DNA of 64,000 nucleotides from a virus: IMG/VR virus record IMGVR_UViG_3300045988_120820, positions 1 to 64,000 of that record; one strand, 5' to 3'. Shown piece by piece: positions 18,223 to 26,941 of this stretch (position 1 is its first letter; each line of letters starts with the position of its first letter). The notes under the pieces were generated by a model. It saw only the letters and a program-made list of their open reading frames with translations, ran no database searches and was not told where the DNA came from. The position numbers and the translations under genes were made by a program.

Positions 18223-19008
18223 ATGATGGAATTTTATGGAGATTTAGAAAGTTTAAGTAAAGCAAAGCAACAATTATCCTATAAGTATTATAGGATGTGC
18301 GGTGAATTAGATATGGAACTATCAGCTACAATAACTTATGATGGTATATTGTATCATGTGAAATACAAGAATAAAAGTTATACCATAGAGGATGCTATAT
18401 TTTATGAAATTTGCGAAAACACTATGTTTTGCAGAGAAGAAAGAAAAAAGATGTTAACTGTTTATATAGGTGTATTATCAAAAGAAATAACATACTCAAA
18501 TATAGAAGAGTTTTATAGACTTAAACATTGGTATTGGAGTGGTTATAAGGAATTATTTGAAATAACAGATTCAGAAATAAGATGCAGAACATATAAAGAA
18601 TGGATTGAATATAATCATAAAAATGGTGGGCATAAAGTTTTAAAAACATATTCTATGAGTGAAGATGTCAGCAAATGCGAATATAAATTTGATGGACTGT
18701 GTATTTATAGATTTTTAGATAAAGATAATAATATAATTTATGTGGGTAAAACAGTTGATTTAGTTAATAGAATGACAACTCATTTTAGTGGTGGTCACTT
18801 AGATGAAAGTTGTTATGAGCAAGTTAATAAAATAGAATATATTAAATGTGAAAATCAAGCAGATATGAATATAAAAGAAATATATTTTATTAACAAATAT
18901 AAACCTAAATTTAATACGAAAGATTTATATAAAGGTGAAGTATATAATTCAGATTATGATTCCATAGTCTGGGATAATGAATATCCTATACCTATTAAAA
19001 ACAATTAA
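18223..19008 (+). CDS. GIY-YIG domain nuclease
   Basis: C-terminal IYRF..IIYVGKT..R..H...E(IYFINKYKPKFN) GIY-YIG pattern. Confidence 0.65.
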   Translation: MMEFYGDLESLSKAKQQLSYKYYRMCGELDMELSATITYDGILYHVKYKNKSYTIEDAIFYEICENTMFCREERKKMLTVYIGVLSKEITYSNIEEFYRLKHWYWSGYKELFEITDSEIRCRTYKEWIEYNHKNGGHKVLKTYSMSEDVSKCEYKFDGLCIYRFLDKDNNIIYVGKTVDLVNRMTTHFSGGHLDESCYEQVNKIEYIKCENQADMNIKEIYFINKYKPKFNTKDLYKGEVYNSDYDSIVWDNEYPIPIKNN

Positions 19009-19035
19009 TAAATTATAAAATAGGAGATGATTAAT

Positions 19036-19362
19036 ATGAGATTAGATTGTGATTATAATTTGTTAAGAGATATAATTGATATAGAATTAAAAAATTTTAA
19101 TAAAATGATATCAGAATCAATGCCTTTATTAAAAGAGGAAGTCATAGAGGCTTGTTGGATAACAAACCAAGGTGTACTGTGGGTAGAAGGATTAAAAAAG
19201 ATTTTACAAAGATTAACCTTATATGAAGTTAATATCACAAAGAAAATAGATAATATTTATACTCTAGAAGGAGAATTTTTAAGATTGGATATTAAAATAT
19301 ATGTGAATGACGAACAGATACATCATATAGGGCTACAAAACAGAATTAGAAATAGAATTTAA
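19036..19362 (+). CDS. hypothetical protein
   Basis: Track ORF 19027; start moved to ATG 19036. Confidence 0.6.
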   Translation: MRLDCDYNLLRDIIDIELKNFNKMISESMPLLKEEVIEACWITNQGVLWVEGLKKILQRLTLYEVNITKKIDNIYTLEGEFLRLDIKIYVNDEQIHHIGLQNRIRNRI

Positions 19363-19390
19363 TAGCTATAGGTAATTTTTATAATAAATA

Positions 19391-19484
19391 TTTTTACAAA
19401 ATTTATGCTAATAGTAGTCAACATTTTTGTAATTCATACATATATTAAAGTAAAGGAGGTAAATACGATATAAAATTTGTAATG
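19391..19484 (+). other. candidate partition site (parC-like) with TTTGTAA(T) repeats
   Basis: TTACAAA 19394-19400 (inverted), TTTGTAAT 19426-19433 and 19476-19483, directly upstream of parM-like gene. Confidence 0.3.
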
Positions 19485-19582
19485 TAATATTTAAAAATCA
19501 TTATTAATTTATGTCGTATTTTTTATTATATAACCTATGAGAGTAGAGGTGTATAATAATCAATATTTTGGAGAGTGATATT

Positions 19583-20497
19583 ATGAGTAAAAATATTATC
19601 AATATAGGAGTAGACATCGGTAATTTAACATCAATAGCTATATCTAATAATGGGAGTTGTATTTGTGAATCGAGAATTAAAAAATGTGAAAAGGGATTAG
19701 ATGACTTTTCACAAAATCAAAAATTCACTATAGATGATGAGGGTTATTTAATTGGTGAAGGAAAGTATGAAAATGAACTTTTAAAATATAAAAAAGACAA
19801 TTATTTAATATTACTTTATTATTGTATAGCAAATGCTACAAAAGATACGGAAAACAATATCAATTTAGTAACTTGTTGTCCTGTTAATCAATATAAAAAG
19901 AAAGATAAAATGGAAGATTATATTAAAAAGAATAATAAAAAGACTATAATTATAAATGGAATTAAAAGAAGCATAGTAATTGAGAATGTTACAATACTTC
20001 CAGAGTCTTATTCAATCAAATCTATACAAGGTATAATGAATAAATTAAATAAAAATGTAGATACGATGATTGTGGACATAGGTGGGAATACATGCGATAT
20101 TACAATCTACGATAATAAAATGCAATTAAAAGATGGATTTAGTATAAGATTAGGATTGTTTGATTTATACAATTCTTGTAGAGAATATCTTAACTTAACA
20201 TATGATTTATCATTATCATTAGAACAAACAAAAAGAATATTTGATAATGAAGAATCTTTATTAGTAGGTGATTTCAAATACAAAGAAGAGTTAGTTAAGA
20301 AATTTATAGTTAATTTAGTAAATGAAATAAAAGGGCAAGCAAATAACATCAAGAATTCAAATATTCTCATTATTGGTGGTGGAGCTAAAATAATATCACC
20401 TACAATGAAAAAGATATATCAACAAACAATATCATCTGAAGATATAACTTTACAAGCACAAGGTTTATTAAATATAGCTAATAAGATATATAAGTAG
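19583..20497 (+). CDS. parM: actin-like plasmid-segregation ATPase (ParM/Alp family)
   Basis: INIGVDIGNLTS (phosphate 1), VDIGGNTCD (phosphate 2), IIGGGAKI (adenosine motif). Confidence 0.75.
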   Translation: MSKNIINIGVDIGNLTSIAISNNGSCICESRIKKCEKGLDDFSQNQKFTIDDEGYLIGEGKYENELLKYKKDNYLILLYYCIANATKDTENNINLVTCCPVNQYKKKDKMEDYIKKNNKKTIIINGIKRSIVIENVTILPESYSIKSIQGIMNKLNKNVDTMIVDIGGNTCDITIYDNKMQLKDGFSIRLGLFDLYNSCREYLNLTYDLSLSLEQTKRIFDNEESLLVGDFKYKEELVKKFIVNLVNEIKGQANNIKNSNILIIGGGAKIISPTMKKIYQQTISSEDITLQAQGLLNIANKIYK

Positions 20498-20508
20498 GTG
20501 ATATTATT

Positions 20509-20757
20509 ATGGCAAAGACGATTAGAGAGGTTAGATTGACATTTAATGAAAAAGATAAAGATATTATAGAATTTTTAAATGGGAAAACTAGCAAAACGGG
20601 ATATATAAAGGATTTAATTCGATTACACATGTTAATTGAACAATCGTATTTAGCTAATGGTATGAATGTAGAACAAAGTGTTTCACGTGAAACTGTAAAT
20701 GTAGAAGAAAAGAAACAAGATGAGTTTGACTTTTCATTGGATGATTTAAATTTATAA
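20509..20757 (+). CDS. parR: ribbon-helix-helix adaptor (ParR-like)
   Basis: Small gene 12 nt after parM; N-terminal beta-strand then helices typical of RHH; acidic tail. Confidence 0.5.
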   Translation: MAKTIREVRLTFNEKDKDIIEFLNGKTSKTGYIKDLIRLHMLIEQSYLANGMNVEQSVSRETVNVEEKKQDEFDFSLDDLNL

Positions 20758-20814
20758 AGAGGGATTAATTTCCCTCTAATTTTTAAAGGAGGAATATTAA
20801 TATGAAATAATAAT

Positions 20815-20866
20815 CATAGGTAATTTTTATGAAGTTTATGTTAATACAGTAATATAAGGTGGTGAT
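20815..20866 (+). promoter_or_regulatory. phage-specific promoter-like element, copy c
   Basis: CATAGGTAATTTT 20815-20827, N11, TGTTAATAC 20839-20847, AATATAAG 20851-20858. Confidence 0.5.
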
Positions 20867-20902
20867 AAATAACTTATTTTAGAAAATAATTAATAAAATG
20901 TA

Positions 20903-20931
20903 TTGACAATATAAATAAAAAATAGTATTAT
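20903..20931 (+). promoter_or_regulatory. sigma-A-type promoter
   Basis: TTGACA 20903-20908, TATTAT 20926-20931 (17-nt spacer). Confidence 0.5.
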
Positions 20932-20956
20932 AATTAATATAAGGAGGTTTGGTAAT

Positions 20957-21451
20957 ATGAATAAAAGTAAAAACGAAATATTTGGCGAAAAGCTAGAGGG
21001 GTTGATAATGGAGGAAGTAAAGGAAAAAGTTGAAAAACTAAAAGGATTAGATGTATTAGAAGTAACATTAAAATTAACATCTAAAGATTTATATGAATAT
21101 ATAGATACGAATATAGGAGATGCTAAACATTTCACATTGTTAGCTAAGTTAGATGGAAATTATAATATATCAATACTGTATTATTACAAAAATAAGATTA
21201 TACAAGCAATTACTCAAGAAGGTAATGAAGGTATAATAGATGTTTATACTCTTTTAAGAATCTGTCTTTTACAAGATGCAAACACACCTTCAGTAGAATT
21301 TACTATTCATAAATGTGAAAAATTTGGAAAGGAAACTTTAAACTCAAATGAATTATCAGAATTAAATAGTTTGGCAGATTGCAAATGTGAATCTTGTGAA
21401 AGTTGTAAATATTATAAGAAAGAAGAAGTCAACCTTCTTAAAAATAATTAA
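20957..21451 (+). CDS. hypothetical protein with C-terminal CxCxxCxxC tail
   Basis: Track ORF; SD AAGGAGG; ends ..LKNN in junction motif. Confidence 0.65.
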   Translation: MNKSKNEIFGEKLEGLIMEEVKEKVEKLKGLDVLEVTLKLTSKDLYEYIDTNIGDAKHFTLLAKLDGNYNISILYYYKNKIIQAITQEGNEGIIDVYTLLRICLLQDANTPSVEFTIHKCEKFGKETLNSNELSELNSLADCKCESCESCKYYKKEEVNLLKNN

Positions 21452-21467
21452 TAAATAAGGTGATATT

Positions 21468-21713
21468 ATGATTAAAGCAATAAAATATATGAAGAAAGAG
21501 CTAAATTTAAAATTGGTTGAAGATAACTATTTTATATCTATATTTAAGAATGAAAAACTAAGAGTTAGAATAATATATCGAGAAAGGAGTTTTTTCTCTA
21601 AGGGGATAATTGAAATATATGTAAATGATTATGTGTTTTATTTACATAGTTGGAATGAATTATATAATTTAGTTGATAAAATAAAAATAATTAATAAAAG
21701 TATTTACAAATAA
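21468..21713 (+). CDS. hypothetical protein
   Basis: Track ORF; SD AAGGTGA. Confidence 0.6.
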   Translation: MIKAIKYMKKELNLKLVEDNYFISIFKNEKLRVRIIYRERSFFSKGIIEIYVNDYVFYLHSWNELYNLVDKIKIINKSIYK

Positions 21714-21730
21714 TTTGGTTATGATATAAT
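21703..21730 (+). promoter_or_regulatory. sigma-A-type promoter (repeat family with 30805 and 38865)
   Basis: TTTACAAATAATTTGGTTATGATATAAT. Confidence 0.5.
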
Positions 21731-21752
21731 TATTAATATAAGGAGGGATAAA

Positions 21753-21824
21753 ATGAGTGATATACTGATATTGATAACAGCAATAATATTTTTAATAACT
21801 GGACGTATGATATTAAAAGGATAG
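21753..21824 (+). CDS. small hydrophobic peptide (23 aa)
   Basis: SD GGAGGG; MSDILILITAIIFLITGRMILKG. Confidence 0.35.
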   Translation: MSDILILITAIIFLITGRMILKG

Positions 21825-21833
21825 GAGGAAAAT

Positions 21834-22298
21834 ATGAATAAAATTAATGAATATCTTGATATGAAAATCAATAGAGAATTCTATAAAGGAAATTTTTATG
21901 AAGATTTAATTTTAGATTTGGCTTACACAGTTAAACGTCCATATGCTAGTATAAGAGTTTTAACAAATGACCTTAATAGATTAATAAAAAATGCATATTA
22001 TAATATAGAAAATGAAAAAATTATAGAAATAAAATTAAAAAAACATGACAATAGAGTACACATTGTTTACAATGTTTTATTTAATGGTGAAGAAAAGAAA
22101 GTTGTACTAACCGGAATTAATATGGAGAAAGATAATAATTGGAAGCACGAAAGAGGAAATAGAGACGATTCATGGGTTATTGATTTAGACAAAAAAGAAG
22201 ATATAAGAAATATGAAGGATGAAGATTTTTATAGAGAGTTTGTAAAGATAGGAATATATAACGATAATAAAGTAAAATATTCGTTTTTATATAATTAA
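21834..22298 (+). CDS. hypothetical protein
   Basis: Track ORF; SD GGAGGA. Confidence 0.65.
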   Translation: MNKINEYLDMKINREFYKGNFYEDLILDLAYTVKRPYASIRVLTNDLNRLIKNAYYNIENEKIIEIKLKKHDNRVHIVYNVLFNGEEKKVVLTGINMEKDNNWKHERGNRDDSWVIDLDKKEDIRNMKDEDFYREFVKIGIYNDNKVKYSFLYN

Positions 22299-22312
22299 GG
22301 AGGTATATTAAT

Positions 22313-22894
22313 ATGAATAAAAATGATTTAAAAAATGGAATGACTTTAATATTAAGAAACTATAGAAAAAGATATATAATTAACAATAAAGTTTTCGGTG
22401 ACGGGGATGACGAATTTACATTAGATTTATTAGGCGATTTAGATGATTGGTTGGATAGGTTAGATGAAGATTTAAAAATAAAACGCAAAGGGGCAAGTGA
22501 ATATGATATAATGAGGGTGCTTGATTGTGATAATAATGTTATATGGGAAAGAAGAGAAGTAGATTGGAGCAAAATATCTGTTGACACTAAAGTATTAGTT
22601 AGAAATTCTAAATACGGAGAATGGCATAGAAGATATTTTGCTAAATATGAAGATGGATGGGTATATTGTTTTGATAACGGAGCAAATTCATGGAATAGTA
22701 ATGAAATATCACTTTGGAAATATTGTAAACTAGCAGAAGAACCTAGCGACAAAGTGACTATAGAAGAATTAGATAATCAATTTAAAAAGAGTTGTGGAAG
22801 ACAAAATTGTTGTAATTGTGATTATGAATCTATAGATAGAGAGTGTGAGTTTCTATGGTTAATGGATAATTATAATGTAACTAGAAAGGAATAA
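22313..22894 (+). CDS. hypothetical protein with Cys-rich C-terminus (paralog of 15943-16500)
   Basis: See 15943-16500. Confidence 0.65.
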   Translation: MNKNDLKNGMTLILRNYRKRYIINNKVFGDGDDEFTLDLLGDLDDWLDRLDEDLKIKRKGASEYDIMRVLDCDNNVIWERREVDWSKISVDTKVLVRNSKYGEWHRRYFAKYEDGWVYCFDNGANSWNSNEISLWKYCKLAEEPSDKVTIEELDNQFKKSCGRQNCCNCDYESIDRECEFLWLMDNYNVTRKE

Positions 22895-22897
22895 CAT

Positions 22898-23056
22898 ATG
22901 AAAATTAAATGTAGTTTAGGGGAGTTTATAACATTTTATGACGAATCAGATAAAGAAATAATAACAATACAAAGTGACGATATTAAAAATACATTAAAAG
23001 ATATTTTTATCTTATTAGATTATTGTGATATAAAATATATTTATGAGGAGGATTAA
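22898..23056 (+). CDS. small hypothetical protein (52 aa)
   Basis: ATG 3 nt after previous stop; ends 3 nt before the ligase start; below track cutoff. Confidence 0.45.
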   Translation: MKIKCSLGEFITFYDESDKEIITIQSDDIKNTLKDIFILLDYCDIKYIYEED

Positions 23057-23059
23057 TGC

Positions 23060-24322
23060 ATGGGAGAATTAAGAAGAGTAAAGGAAATATTTGATAAAAT
23101 TGCAGGTGTAAGTGGTAAAAAAAGTAAAGAAACAATAATTAAACAAAATGCAGATAATGAATTATTTTTAGAATGTTTAAAATTTTTATTAGATAGTGAT
23201 ATAACAACTGGATTGAGTAAGAAAAAAATAAATAAAAAGGTACAAATATATCAAAATACTTATAGTGATATACGAGATATGTTTGACTATGTTAGAATGA
23301 ATAATACGGGTACAGATAGAGATATTGGTGTAGTGCAAGGATATATAAATTCATTAGATAAAGATATACAAGATTTTGTGAGAGGATTACTTACTAAGAG
23401 TCTTAAAATAGGTGCTGATGCTAAGACAGTTAATAAAGCTTTAGGATATGAATTTATCATTACATTTAATATTATGTTAGGAAGTAAAGCAGATTTAAAT
23501 AAATTACCTAAAGGTGATAAATTTATCACAGAGAAATATGATGGTTGTAGATGCTTTACGCAAATAAGAAACGGTAAAATAATAATGAAGAGTAGACAAA
23601 ATAAGATATTTGAAGGTTTAATTGACATAGAAAACAGCATTAAAGAATTAGGATTAAACAACATTTCTTTAGATGGTGAATTATTAGCGATAGATAGCAA
23701 TTATGAAAATGTTTATAAAGACACGATGAAAATAGTGTCAACTAAAGAAAAAGAGAAACATGGTATTAAATATATGATATTTGATATATTACCTATTGAT
23801 GAATTTGATAATAAAAAAGGTGTGCTTAAATATTCTGAAAGAAGAAAAATATTAGATAATATAAAACAAAATGAATTTATTAATATTACACCTGTATTAT
23901 ATCATGGTACTGATAATGATAAGGTTTTAGAAGTATTGTCCATATGCAGAGCTAATGGTGCTGAAGGAGCTATGATTAATCTTGATAAACCTTATGAATT
24001 CAAAAGAAGTAAAACATTGTTAAAACTTAAAATTATGAATACTTGTGACTTAAAAATAATTGGATTTGAAGAAGGAAGTGGGAAATTTAAAGGCGCATTA
24101 GGTAATCTTATATGTGATTATAAAGGTTATCAGCTTGGCGTAGGAAGTGGATTTGATGATAAACAAAGAGAACAAATTTGGAATAATCAAGAAGAATATT
24201 TAAATCGTATAGCTGAAATACAATACTTTGAAGAAACCTATAACGATAAAGGAGGATTATCTTTAAGGTTTCCAGTTTTTAAATGTATTAGAGAATTAGG
24301 TAAAGAAGTTAGTTATAATTAA
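23060..24322 (+). CDS. ATP-dependent DNA ligase
   Basis: Motif I KYDGCR, motif III DGELL, motif IV EGAMIN, motif V LLKLK. Confidence 0.85.
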   Translation: MGELRRVKEIFDKIAGVSGKKSKETIIKQNADNELFLECLKFLLDSDITTGLSKKKINKKVQIYQNTYSDIRDMFDYVRMNNTGTDRDIGVVQGYINSLDKDIQDFVRGLLTKSLKIGADAKTVNKALGYEFIITFNIMLGSKADLNKLPKGDKFITEKYDGCRCFTQIRNGKIIMKSRQNKIFEGLIDIENSIKELGLNNISLDGELLAIDSNYENVYKDTMKIVSTKEKEKHGIKYMIFDILPIDEFDNKKGVLKYSERRKILDNIKQNEFINITPVLYHGTDNDKVLEVLSICRANGAEGAMINLDKPYEFKRSKTLLKLKIMNTCDLKIIGFEEGSGKFKGALGNLICDYKGYQLGVGSGFDDKQREQIWNNQEEYLNRIAEIQYFEETYNDKGGLSLRFPVFKCIRELGKEVSYN

Positions 24323-24334
24323 GGAGGGGTTTTT

Positions 24335-24874
24335 ATGAATAATATAAAAGAAATAAAATCGGTAACATTCGTTTGTGAAAATTGTGAATTTATTAAAATA
24401 CCCATTGAAAACTTTACAAAACTTGATTTGACAAAAGTAGATAATAAATACTACAATTTAGAGTGCACCATAAAGAAAATGGACAATATTGAATATCATT
24501 CATTTACAAATGACTTCAGTCCTTTTAATAGATTGTCTATGTCCGATGATATAGTGAGAATTGAATTAGAACTTATAGATGGCACAGAACATTCAGTACA
24601 GCCTTATTGGAAGGGAATAGGTTTTAATAATTATTGTCAAATAAGTCATGTAATTAGCTGGAATAAAATTAGTATTAGTATTAATGAAGAAAATATGATG
24701 AAAAAGATGAAAGAACAGTGTGCTGATAAAGCGAATAGAATATTGAATATATTATATCAAGATTTCGCAATAGACAGTTGTAGTAACTGTTGTTATAAGG
24801 CAGATTGTGAAAAATTACGAAAAAATAATAACGATATAACCATATGTACTATTTTAGATTTGATGCAAAAATAA
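24335..24874 (+). CDS. hypothetical protein with Cys-rich C-terminus
   Basis: Track ORF; SD AAGGAGGGG. Confidence 0.65.
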   Translation: MNNIKEIKSVTFVCENCEFIKIPIENFTKLDLTKVDNKYYNLECTIKKMDNIEYHSFTNDFSPFNRLSMSDDIVRIELELIDGTEHSVQPYWKGIGFNNYCQISHVISWNKISISINEENMMKKMKEQCADKANRILNILYQDFAIDSCSNCCYKADCEKLRKNNNDITICTILDLMQK

Positions 24875-24917
24875 TTAATAAAAGTAAATATGATTGCATA
24901 TGTAAATGAGGTGTACG

Positions 24918-25094
24918 ATGAAAATTGGTGATAGAGTGAGAAATAGATATACAGGTAAATATGGTATATTAATTAGTTTTGAAGATTTTGGATTTCAACA
25001 CTATAAAATAAAAATTTTAATGGACGATGGCGAAATCAAAGAGGAAAATTCTTTAGCGAATTATTTTAAAATATCAAATTATTCAACAAAATAA
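24918..25094 (+). CDS. small hypothetical protein
   Basis: Track ORF 24906; ATG 24918 better spaced from GAGGTG. Confidence 0.5.
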   Translation: MKIGDRVRNRYTGKYGILISFEDFGFQHYKIKILMDDGEIKEENSLANYFKISNYSTK

Positions 25095-25106
25095 TTAATA
25101 AAAGTA

Positions 25107-25134
25107 TTGACGTTATATTTCAATATGATATAAT
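25107..25134 (+). promoter_or_regulatory. sigma-A-type promoter
   Basis: TTGACG 25107-25112, TGATATAAT 25126-25134. Confidence 0.55.
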
Positions 25135-25178
25135 TATTAGTATAGAAGGGTAGTTATATTAAAAAAGGGGGTAATAAT

Positions 25179-25550
25179 ATGAAAAGAAAAATAAAATTTA
25201 GAATATGGGACAAAGAAGTGAATGAAATGATAAGTGGTGATGGTTTTACTTTTGATGACTATATACCTATAAATTATATGTTTAATGATTTTAAAAGATT
25301 CGATTTTATGCAATATACAGGTATAAAGGATTGTGAAGGTAGAGAAATATATGAAGGTGATATAATAGAAAAAGAAGTTATGGAATTGTGGATAAAAAAT
25401 ACAGAATTAATAGGGGTTGTAAAAATGATAGATGGTTGCTGGTGTGTTGCAAATGATAAAATAAAAGTAGCTGAATATTTATGGGATGAAACAGATGTTA
25501 ATCGTGTAATAGGAAATATATACGAGAATCCAGAATTATTAGAAGATTAG
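25179..25550 (+). CDS. YopX-family protein
   Basis: KFRIWDK..MQYTGIKDCEGREIYEGDII..IGNIYENPELLE. Confidence 0.7.
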   Translation: MKRKIKFRIWDKEVNEMISGDGFTFDDYIPINYMFNDFKRFDFMQYTGIKDCEGREIYEGDIIEKEVMELWIKNTELIGVVKMIDGCWCVANDKIKVAEYLWDETDVNRVIGNIYENPELLED

Positions 25551-25582
25551 GATGGAGCTAATATGAAATATAAATTTTAAAT

Positions 25583-25642
25583 CATAGGTAATTTCAATAA
25601 CAGTTTTGATAATACTATAATAAGAAGGTGATTAAAATGTAA
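25583..25642 (+). promoter_or_regulatory. phage-specific promoter-like element, copy d, with ATG-TAA minimal ORF
   Basis: CATAGGTAATTTC 25583-25595, N11, TGATAATAC 25607-25615, GGTGATTAAAATGTAA (ATG-TAA 25637-25642). Confidence 0.45.
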
Positions 25643-25695
25643 ACTTAAAAGAAATACCTCGACAAAAATAATTAATAAGGGAGAGTGATTGGTGT

Positions 25696-26928
25696 TTGTA
25701 TCAAAATGAGGAACATAGGAAAATAGTAAATGAGAGGGGAGATAATTATATTTATCTTGGAAGTTATCACTGGAATGAAGTGACTATAGATGGTAAGAAT
25801 CAAAATAAAAATAAAATATATATCAGAGTAATATGTCCTTATTGTGGGAAAGAATATGATATAGGCATTTATTCATTTAGAGACGGTGCAAGTTGCAAAA
25901 ATTGTTGTAATAAATATGAAAATTCATTTGCTTATTACATACAAATGGAATTAAAAAGAGGATTAAATGAATTTTGGAACTGGGAAAAGAATGAAATTAA
26001 TCCTTATTGTATAAGTAAAGGAAATGGAAAAAAGGTAATTTTGAAGTGTGATAAAACTGATTATCATGATGATTATGAAGTTGAACCATATAGTTTTCTT
26101 AAAGGTTGTAGATGTCCTTATTGTAGTCATTTTCATGGAAAAGTACATCCAAAAGATAGTTTTGGACAATGGTTAATTGACACTTATGGCGAAGGTGCTA
26201 TTAAAAAATATTGGTCACCTAAAAATACCTTAGACCCTTTTGAAGTAGCACCTAAAACTAATAAGAAAATTTGGATTCTTTGTCAAGAGAAAGGCTATCA
26301 CAATGATTATGGTGGATATGAAACTATTCCTGTAAGTTTTATAAAAGGTGCAAGATGTCCTTATTGTTGCAATCATCATGGGAAAGTACATAAATTAGAC
26401 AGTTTTGGAAGTTTATATCCCGAGAAAGCCAAGTATTGGAGTAAAAATAATGATAAATCACCTTATGAAGTTACTTCTTATACCAGTAAAAAATATAAAT
26501 TTATATGTGAAAAATGTGGGGAAGAATTTAAAAGAAGTTTAGATAAATTAAATAGAAATGATATTGGTGTAATATGCAGTGAATGTAATTCTTCATCCTT
26601 AGAACAAAAGACTAAAAATGTATTAGAAAAATATAATATTAAATATTACAAAGAATATATATTTAATGATTTAATAGGTGTTGGTAATAAAAATTTAAGA
26701 TTTGATTTTTATTTGCCTCAATATAATACATTGATAGAATGTCAAGGTGAACAACATAAGAGATGGATAGAAGGCTGGCAAACTAAAAAAGATTTTGAAG
26801 ATTTACAGATACATGATAAACGTAAAAAAGAATACTGTAAGAAAAATAATATTAAATTAATTGAAGTATGGCATTATGAAATTGATAAAATTGAAAAAAT
26901 ATTAATAAAAGAATTAAAATTAATATAG
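25696..26928 (+). CDS. zinc-ribbon-repeat (DUF4379-like) protein with C-terminal Vsr/PD-(D/E)xK-like endonuclease fold; homing-endonuclease-like
   Basis: Three W..N....P......S.KKV...C...H.....P......G..CPYC repeats; C-terminal FDFYLP..LIECQGEQH. Confidence 0.55.
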   Translation: MYQNEEHRKIVNERGDNYIYLGSYHWNEVTIDGKNQNKNKIYIRVICPYCGKEYDIGIYSFRDGASCKNCCNKYENSFAYYIQMELKRGLNEFWNWEKNEINPYCISKGNGKKVILKCDKTDYHDDYEVEPYSFLKGCRCPYCSHFHGKVHPKDSFGQWLIDTYGEGAIKKYWSPKNTLDPFEVAPKTNKKIWILCQEKGYHNDYGGYETIPVSFIKGARCPYCCNHHGKVHKLDSFGSLYPEKAKYWSKNNDKSPYEVTSYTSKKYKFICEKCGEEFKRSLDKLNRNDIGVICSECNSSSLEQKTKNVLEKYNIKYYKEYIFNDLIGVGNKNLRFDFYLPQYNTLIECQGEQHKRWIEGWQTKKDFEDLQIHDKRKKEYCKKNNIKLIEVWHYEIDKIEKILIKELKLI

Positions 26929-26941
26929 GAGGATAGATATT

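Noticed and set aside
18223-19008. GIY-YIG gene as part of a third group I intron
   Set aside because: The flanking ORFs (17240-18100 and 19036-19362) do not look like halves of one gene. None of the conserved intron core blocks seen in the polB introns (GATATAGTC, AACGACTA, GCTAACAGG) occur nearby.
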